A stretch of DNA of 56,531 bases, counting the filler, from Basidioascus undulatus (taxonomy: Eukaryota), in NCBI GenBank assembly GCA_000826855.1. It is 5 parts of 5 records of this genome, joined end to end, with 100 filler letters (N's around TTAATTAATTAA, not from the genome) between each part and the next. Parts side by side here need not be neighbours in the genome. Positions count along the whole stretch, not along the records: positions 45,332 to 56,531 come from JTLS01001030.1; 4 more parts are not named here. One strand, given 5' to 3'. How positions within the stretch are numbered: position 1 is the stretch's first letter; the number at the start of each line of letters is the position of its first letter. The position numbers and the translations under genes are program-made. Shown here one piece after another: positions 49,314-56,531 of this stretch. The notes under the pieces were generated by a model. The model did no database searches, was not told the DNA's origin, and was given only the letters and a program-made list of their open reading frames with translations.

Positions 49314-51207
49314 CTACAACTGCACCTCCCTCAGCACATCCTCCAGCGCCTCCCACGCAGCGCGCACGTCCGCAAACGTATTGTACAGCGGAACCGGCGC
49401 GAGGCGGATGACGTCCGGCTTCCTCTCATCCCCCGTCACGCCCCTCTTCTTCAACCCATCAAACACCTGCTGCATGACGTTCCTCCTTGCGGGCAGAAAC
49501 AGTAAACTGAGCTGCGCGCCGCGCTGCTCGGGCTCCTCGGACGTTAGGATTGTGAAGCCCGGGCGGTCCGCCGCGTCAGCGGTGGAGGATGAAGAGAGGA
49601 AGAAGGGCGAAGCGCGGAGGAGCGTGTCGAGGTAGGCTGTGAGGAGCAGCGACTTCTTGCGCAGCGTGCCGACGCCGCCCGCGCGGTCGAAGAGCTGCGT
49701 GCTCCCCAGGAGGGCGACGAGCGGGAGGACGGGCGTGTTGGAGAGCATCCACGCGGACGCCCCCTGCGAGGGCACGAAAGTCGGATTCATCTCGAACCGC
49801 GTTTCGGGGTCGTGCCCCCACCAGCCGACGAGGCGCGGGAGACGAGCGGTGGAGGAGGAGGAGGCGGGGCAGGTGTACTTGGAGTGCACGAAGATCCCTG
49901 CTAGACCGCCGGGGGAGGCGTTGAGGTACTTGTAGCTGAGCGGACGAGAGCGATAAAGATTGTTTCAGAGGGGAAGACGAGGGAAGACGAGAAGGCGGAT
50001 GGAGCAGGAAGGACGCACGAGCACCACACCGCAAAGTCCACACCCCAGTCGTGCAGGCGGAGCGGCACGTTCCCGACAGCGTGTGCGAGGTCCCACCCGA
50101 CCGTGCAGCCCTGTCCCACCGAACCATCAGCAATGAAATGACGCGCGACACAACACCACGCATGAGACTCACCCGCTCCTGTGCAGCCTTGGTGATCTTC
50201 TCCATTTCGAACCACTGGCCCGTATAGAACTGGACGCCCGAGAAGAGGACGAGCGCGATGGAGTTGCCCTCGCGCTCGATCGCGGATAGGATGTCCTCCG
50301 TCCGGAGGGTGTGCTCGCCCGGTCGGGGCGAAAGGGGCAGGAGTGCGGTTGACGGGTCCAGCTTGTGGAGGAGGACTTGCGACTCGAAGGCGTACTGGTG
50401 ATAAGGGATGCAGGGAGGCATTAGCTCGGATTAAGCGGAGCGCGAGGGGGGAATCGACACACTTGGTCGGAGGGGAACGCTTTCGCCTCATACAGGATCT
50501 TGAATCTTGATGGCGTAGGTCGGTAGAAGCTGAATGGTAGAATCATCAGCATAGCTGTATGATCAAGATTGTACGACAGTTGCGCACGAAATCATCATGT
50601 GATGCAAGTTGGATGTCAGAGCGCCCATAGCGACGACTTCGGACACGTCGGCACCTGCACCCAGCCGTTGGTCAGTAGATGCCCCATAAACGGTAGCAAA
50701 ACAATAGGCTAACCAACGATGTTCGCCAAAGATTCCTTCACAAGCTCGTCGGCCGTCTTCCAAGGGCGATCAAGCGGATGGTCGAAGTGGCCGTCCACAG
50801 CCCTACGACAGTGTGGATCTGTTAGACTGAGCGGCGCCCCAAGCGTAAGGGAGAGGCGCACCTCTCGCTCCAAATCTTCAGCTCCTCTTGGATGAGGTCC
50901 CCAGTGCGCTTGGGCATCAAGCCGAGCGAGTTCCCGCAGAGGTAGACGGACGGGTCGTCGAGGGCTGACAGAGCGCGCCCGAGAATCAGCTACGGCCGAG
51001 ACTCGAAAGACACGTCATGAGTATCCTACACTGCCCCTTCGAAAGAAAAGCATCCGCGCCCATGGTGTGGCGCGGAGGGATGTTGAATTCGGAGCGAAAG
51101 TCATGGAGATCGTCGTGCTCGTCGAGCCAGCGCGGGACGGCTGGGTCGAGCACGTCCGAAATGCCAGAAGCCTCAAGGGCTTTGGTGAGTATTTCGCGAG
51201 ATGCCAT
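49314..51207 (-). CDS. BNA5: Kynureninase (PLP-dependent), multi-exon
   Basis: [105 protein letters not shown] (PLP Lys), [35 protein letters not shown]. Confidence 0.97.
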
Positions 51208-51485
51208 GAGCGTGGTCAGTTATAATTTCAGGAGCGAAAGGAGGTTGCGGTGATGGAAAAAGAGAAAGAGGGGAAACGGAAACCAAGCTGTTTGGGAAAC
51301 AGGCTGCTTACTAGGAGATTCTCGCGGAGATTCGGCCCTTCGCCCGGCGTCTTTGCGCTGCTCGCCGTCCTCGTCCTCCTCGCCGTTGCCTGCATCGCGG
51401 TCGCTGCCGGGCAATCGATCGTCGCCAGTCGAGGCCTTCAGGATCCTTATATTCACGGGCATCCTCCCCTCCCCGCTCCTTCGTC

Positions 51486-52849
51486 ATGGCCGCTCTCTCC
51501 CCTATCCGCGTAGCTCTCTCCTCGAGCTCAAGACGAGCGCCCGCCGTGCTCGTCCGGTCTCGCTTTATGTCTACTGAGGCCGCGCCCGCCTCCGTCCCCT
51601 CCTCTTCCGCTGTACCCGACATCCCCACCAAGCTGCCGGACGAGTCGACGTCCAGGGTGGGCCAAGAGATCTTCGTCCGCGTCTGGGACGGCATCCCATC
51701 CGCTGCTCACGCCCTTGCTATTGTCAAACACCTCGAGCTCAACTATGGCGAGGTCGCGGACTTCTTTTTCCCTCGTGTGAGCATCATTTTTCCGGTCGGT
51801 CTGGGTGCGGGTGGGTGCGGTGGTCTTGACACCGCTCTCCCCGCCGCAGAACATTGACACCAACGAAGTCCAATCCTACGGCTTCATCACCTTCCGCGAC
51901 GCCTCCTCCGTGAACAAGATCGGGACGAGCCCAACGTTCGTCGACGTGCCCGCGCCGGCCGTCAATCCGCGCCAGCCGGGCGGCCTGAGCTGGAACGACG
52001 TCAAGGACGTCTTCAACTGGCGGACGGTCCCGCGCGCGAAGGAGATCGCCGAGCGCTCGGACGCGCGCAAGGCGGTCATGGAGGTCAAGGTCGAGGTCAA
52101 GTCAAACGTGTCGTCTGGTGCGTTGTACTCTCACTTCTGGGGCGGGCTTTGCGTTTCCCTTGACTGCCCTGCTCCCTGCTCCTCTGCCTTCTCGAAGCTC
52201 ACCCCTGATCATGCTTCCTTCTTTCCTCCAATCAGAACCCCGCAGCGCCTCCCAACCCCTTCGTCTCTCCGACCGGAATCTTACCCAGCGCGTGCGTGCC
52301 CTGCAGGCCTTCTCCGGGTTCAACGACGGGCTCGTGCCCGTGCGGGAAAAGGTCGAAAGCGTCCTGCGTTCCCGGGGCGTGACCGTCCCCGAGTTCAATC
52401 CGACCCTCAACACCCCTCCCTCGCGTGTCGATGTCGAGGCGGTCCGCGAAGGTGCGGCGGCGCTCAAGGGCGTCGTCTGGCAGCAGGGCGAGGAGTCGCT
52501 CCCGACTGCGCGACTGAACTGGTCGGTTCCCCCACCGACCACCAGCACCTCCTCCTCCCCCGCGTCGGACCTTCCCGAGCCCGAGCCCCTGCCTGCTTCG
52601 GAGGAGGCCCCCGCCGAGTCGCTCGCGGTCAACGCGCCCCCGAAGCGCCGCTCGAGGGCTTACCTCGCGGGTCTGGCGGCGGCATCGAAGTCGGACGCGG
52701 ACGCGGCTGCGCCGAAGCCGGACTCGAGCGGGGCGGACAGCTCGGCGCAGGAGTTGGGTCAGGAGCCGCAGGTTGGGGGTGCGGCGGAGGAGACGGAGAA
52801 GAAGGAGAGCGGAACGACGGGCGGGTGGTGGGGACCCTGGAAGAGCTAG
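51486..52849 (+). CDS. Probable mitochondrial protein with a degenerate RRM, 3 exons
   Basis: Presequence-like MAALSPIRVALSSSSRRAPAVLVRSRFMST; EIFVRV..YGEVADFFFPR / NIDT..QSYGFITF (RNP1-like); ends GGWWGPWKS*. Confidence 0.65.
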
Positions 52850-53227
52850 AGGATCTGAGGGGCTTGCATTTACTGTGATGCTTTTGAGACTGCGGTGTGC
52901 TCTGACTCATGGGACCTCGCAGGTGCTTCGGTGAAGGCTGCGATGGGCAAACGAGTTACATGGGAACTGGTAGACTTGAAGTTTGAACTTCACGGGCACA
53001 GTTGGTTCGATCTTTCCAGATGCATCGCCAAAATATGAGACGATGGATTCTCAAACAAGACTCCTAGCGAGGCACAAATGATTACCACGTTCAATGAAGC
53101 AACGACAATCGGATAAATCACAGCAAGACGCCACTGCTCATGTCTGCGCTGGAAGGTCCGTAGGGCTGCACTTGAGTTCTCTTCCATCTCCTACTACAAC
53201 AGCTGTGGGCCGTACCAATGCAAACGC

Positions 53228-54832
53228 TCAAAACTTCGGCGGGCTCTCCCCAAGCCCCAAGCCCGAGTCGTGCGGCGATCCAAACTTCGGCTGTCGTTGA
53301 GCGAGGAACTCGGTCAGACGATCGCGGATGGGAATCTCCCATTGGGGACCCAGTCGGTAGAACTGCAGTTAGGCAATATCGCACGAGCTAGTGAGCTTCC
53401 AAATCAGAAGAAGGACGGGAGGAAGGCGAACCTCGACTGTGTTCAAGGCCAGGACTGCAGCTTTGTTTTCTGTCGTCAGGATCTTGTCGAGCAAGGGGGC
53501 GGAGGCGACCATGCGTCCGGCTTCGGGGACTTCGCCCAATCTGTATTGTCAGGAAATTTTTCAGAGTCACCCTTGTTTCTGCGAGGTTGAAGACGTACGG
53601 GAAAGGATAGTCGCTGCCGAGCAAGATCCTGCACAAACCGTTGCACCGTCAGTTCGGCCAGTTACCAAATGAGTGAAGGCGTCAAGTTGTTACCTACCTG
53701 TTCATTCCCACTTTCTTCGCGAGAAACTCGAATGTGTGCTCGTCATGCACGAGGCTGTCGAACCACAGCGCCCGGCGCTTGATCCACTCTGCAGGGCTCA
53801 CGCCGCCGCTGCGACCAGCGACGAGGTCCGGACGGCAATCTGGAGAGTTGTGCAGCGCAGACCGCATTGACTGATAAGTTTGAATGTCGACATAGAGGCT
53901 CGTAAAGCGGCGAAAACGAACCGTAGCCTTGCCCGATGCGCCCCATAGTTCCAGGGAAGCTGCCGCCGCCGTGCGCGAAGCAGATGCGCAGCTTGGGGTA
54001 CTTGTTCAGCAGGCCCGACAGCAGAATAGCATTGATGGCTAGTGTCGTCTCGCAGGGCATACCGACTAGCCAGGACGACCAGTACGATGACCACTATGGG
54101 CAGGTCCACAGTTAGCGCGTAAGCGGCAGAAACGCGCCGGCAACGTACCTTCTCGGCGTTCTCCTTCGCCCAGGTATATCCGAGCGGATGCACGAACACG
54201 GGCATATCGAGCACCTCGCACTCTGCCCACACGGGCTGCAACTCCGGCGCATCGAGGCTCCACGCGCCGATGTGCGTCCCGATCTGGATGCCCTGCAGGC
54301 CGAGCTCGTGCTTGCATCGGCGGAGCTCAAGGATGCTGAGGCTGGGGGACTGGAGGGGGAGCGTGCCGATGCCGATGAACTTGCTCGGGTGGGCGCGGCA
54401 GAGCGTGGAGATGTGGTCGTTCAGGTATCGAGCGAGCTTGTTCACTGGCTCTGCCGGCTGTGTAGAACTGGGAGATCAGCCGCAAAGGGGCACAGTGAAC
54501 GGACTGGATCGGCGCACCTGATCATAGAAGAACAGCACAGGTACAGTGCTAAGCACCTGCGCATCCACATGGTTCTCCTCCATCTCCCGCAGGCGCACGT
54601 CGACATCGTAGCAGTTGGGCTCGACGGTGCGGAAGAACTTGTTGCCCACAGACATGTCGACGTTTCCATCGGCGCGCTCGCGCAGCGTCAGCCATGCGCT
54701 CCCGCCGTACTCGGCCGCGAGGTCGGGGAGCTCGCGGGGCATGATGTGCGTGTGGCAATCAATTCGGAAGAGCGAAGGGGAGTGTGTGCACGAGCACGAG
54801 GTGACCTTCTGGGGGTTGGAGGTAGCGGACAT
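53228..54832 (-). CDS. ACMSD: 2-amino-3-carboxymuconate-6-semialdehyde decarboxylase (amidohydrolase_2), multi-exon
   Basis: RIDCHTHIMP, KFFRTVEPNCYD, QVLSTVPVLFFY, ARYLNDHI, GIGTLPLQSP, GIQIGTH, VFVHP, WLVGMPCETT, FAHGGGSFPGTMGRI, RPDLVA, DSLVHD, ILLGSDYPFPLGE; last exon inferred to end at TGA 53228-53230. Confidence 0.93.
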
Positions 54833-55400
54833 GTTCTGCTCGCAGCGCAGGAGTCGTGAGCACTTCTCGAAGTTTGGGAGGTGAACACAGCCGTACCTGT
54901 TTGATAAGGGATGTGGTGATTGCAATTTCCGTATCTGGAGATGGTGAAGAAGAAGACTTGAGTTGTGGATGTTCGCTTGCGGGAAGCAGGTGACCCCCCA
55001 AGACCGAATGCCGCGGGAGCATCGGCCACTGTGAGGCATGCGGTTCGGATGCGGACCAGTCTGACCCTTGACACGCTCTGCAATCCTCTTCTAGACAGTC
55101 CGTAAATGCGGATTCCAAACCGTTACCACCATTTTAATTATAAGGTGCTGGTCGTGGGCGTTGGCAGCGCAGCCTGGCGAATCTCGAGAGCGTGCGATGA
55201 AACAACACCCGCATGCCATGGCAGTCTCGTGACAGACAGCCTCGATTGTCGACTGATCCCCAAACAGCTCTCAACGGTCTGAAATATATAGGAGAGTTTT
55301 TATATAAAAAATTACAAAGTCCGAAAATGGAAAGACGCGTATGGTATACCAAAAACTGTCCAATGCACCCCTAGACCCGCCCTCCCCATCCTTCACACCA

Positions 55401-56531
55401 CTAGAAACCTTCCTCCTCGTCCGTGCAATACACGTCCAGCTTCCCTTCCGCCTTCCCGCCCGACCGCTCGCGAGCGCACTCGATCGCACAGTCAAAGTCC
55501 GACTCGTCGAGCAGCGAGCTGTGCCGTGCCATCAGGGGGCTACATGTGAGCTCGTTGCTGCGGAAGAAGGGGGGAAGGAGAAAGGCGTGACTACACAAAC
55601 GAGTCCTCGTCCTTGTACTTAAGCCGCAGGCCACCCAGGCACTTGTTGAACTTCATGAGCACCGCCGAGATGAACTGCAGGGGGCGGGTTGGGTCAGTTG
55701 CAAGCCTAGCAGCGTAGAGTAGAAGCGAACGCACCTCGTCGTAGCTCATCTGCGGCATGTTGACGATCATCCCACGGACGTCGTCCCTGTAGAAGAGCTA
55801 TACCTTCCCATCCCCAATCAGCCCAAGCGGAACCCGTCTCAGCAGGCATACTCACCCGTACCTTGATCCTGATCCTCGTGAGCTCGAACGCGTTCGAGCC
55901 GTAAAAGTCGCCGTCGCTCTGGTAGCGGTCGTCCTCGCGCATCACGGGAGTCCGCCCGCCCGGGCGCCTCCCGGCGGAGCTGCTGTTCGGCGAGAGGCGC
56001 GCGGACATCAAGCGCTGCAGCAGCGCCGGCTCGACCTTGCGCGTCCAGGACGCGAGGCGCGGCATGTTCGGGACGGGACTGCGGTCGGCGTCGTTAGTAG
56101 GGCGGTAGGCGTTGAGGTAGTCGTCATAGACCTAACGAAACGGGGAGGGGTCAGAATTCTGCCTGATAGGAACAAATGGGTCGAAGGTAAGTGACGCACC
56201 TCCGTCGCGTGAGCGTAGGCAGGCCGCGGCTTCTCGTCGTCTGGCGGCGTGAGGAGACGGGCCGCGCCCGAACCGGTAACAGCGCGAGCCTGGGGCCTGG
56301 CTGGGGTCAAGTCGAGCCTGGGGGGCGGAGGCGGCCTGGGCGGGGGTGGCCTCGTTCCCTGTTGGCGGGCTGTTCGCGCTCTCCCCAAGTTAGTGCCCAT
56401 CGCAGTCGAGGGGGGAGCCGGCATGGGCGGCCACAGGCGCGCGACGAGGGAATGTTACGTTGGGCGCCGACCGTCGCGCTCTTGGAGAGCCCCGCGGCCC
56501 CACCCGACCCGCCCAGCGGCACGTTGTCCAT
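55401..56531 (-). CDS. noxR: NADPH oxidase regulator NoxR (p67phox-like), C-terminal part with PB1 domain; runs off window
   Basis: Spliced: TEVYDDYLNAY ... FELTRIRIKLFYRDDVRGM ... LRLKYKDEDSFV..LLDESDFDCAIECARERSGGKAEGKLDVYCTD, a PB1 domain with the layout of basidiomycete NoxR; TPR region lies outside the window. Confidence 0.82.

Noticed and set aside
54833..55039. In-frame upstream ATG giving ACMSD a 69-aa extension
   Set aside because: Extension is not protein-like and family homology begins shortly after the ATG at 54832.
1..56531. tRNA, rRNA, CRISPR arrays or prokaryotic operons
   Set aside because: None seen by eye; sequence is spliceosomal-intron-rich eukaryotic DNA. A covariance-model scan was not possible.

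Overview
Eukaryotic, GC-rich, intron-dense fungal genomic DNA, most consistent with a basidiomycete (short ~55-80 nt GT-AG introns, frequent GTGCGT/GTGAGT donors; taxon is inference). Four 100-nt artificial spacers (N-run, TTAATTAATTAA, N-run) split the window into five contigs, so adjacency across them is unproven. Recognisable genes, spliced by eye: cytoplasmic dynein intermediate chain, a DUF4536 protein, a bacterial-type (YibF-like) GST, trimethyllysine dioxygenase, DIS3/RRP44, TRM6 (partial), PEX14, a TRP/Yvc1-like membrane protein (partial), NAB2 (partial), SLP1-type SUN protein (partial), kynureninase, a mitochondrial RRM-like protein, ACMSD and NoxR (partial). Also present: several orphan or F-box-like genes, a 5'-truncated mitochondrial phosphate-carrier pseudogene, a decayed Ty3/Gypsy relic and a candidate 113-bp MITE. 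The most notable signal is the tight linkage of two kynurenine-pathway enzymes (kynureninase and ACMSD) on one contig, a possible tryptophan-catabolism/picolinate mini-cluster. No database searches were possible; all homology calls come from recalled motifs and exon boundaries are approximate.
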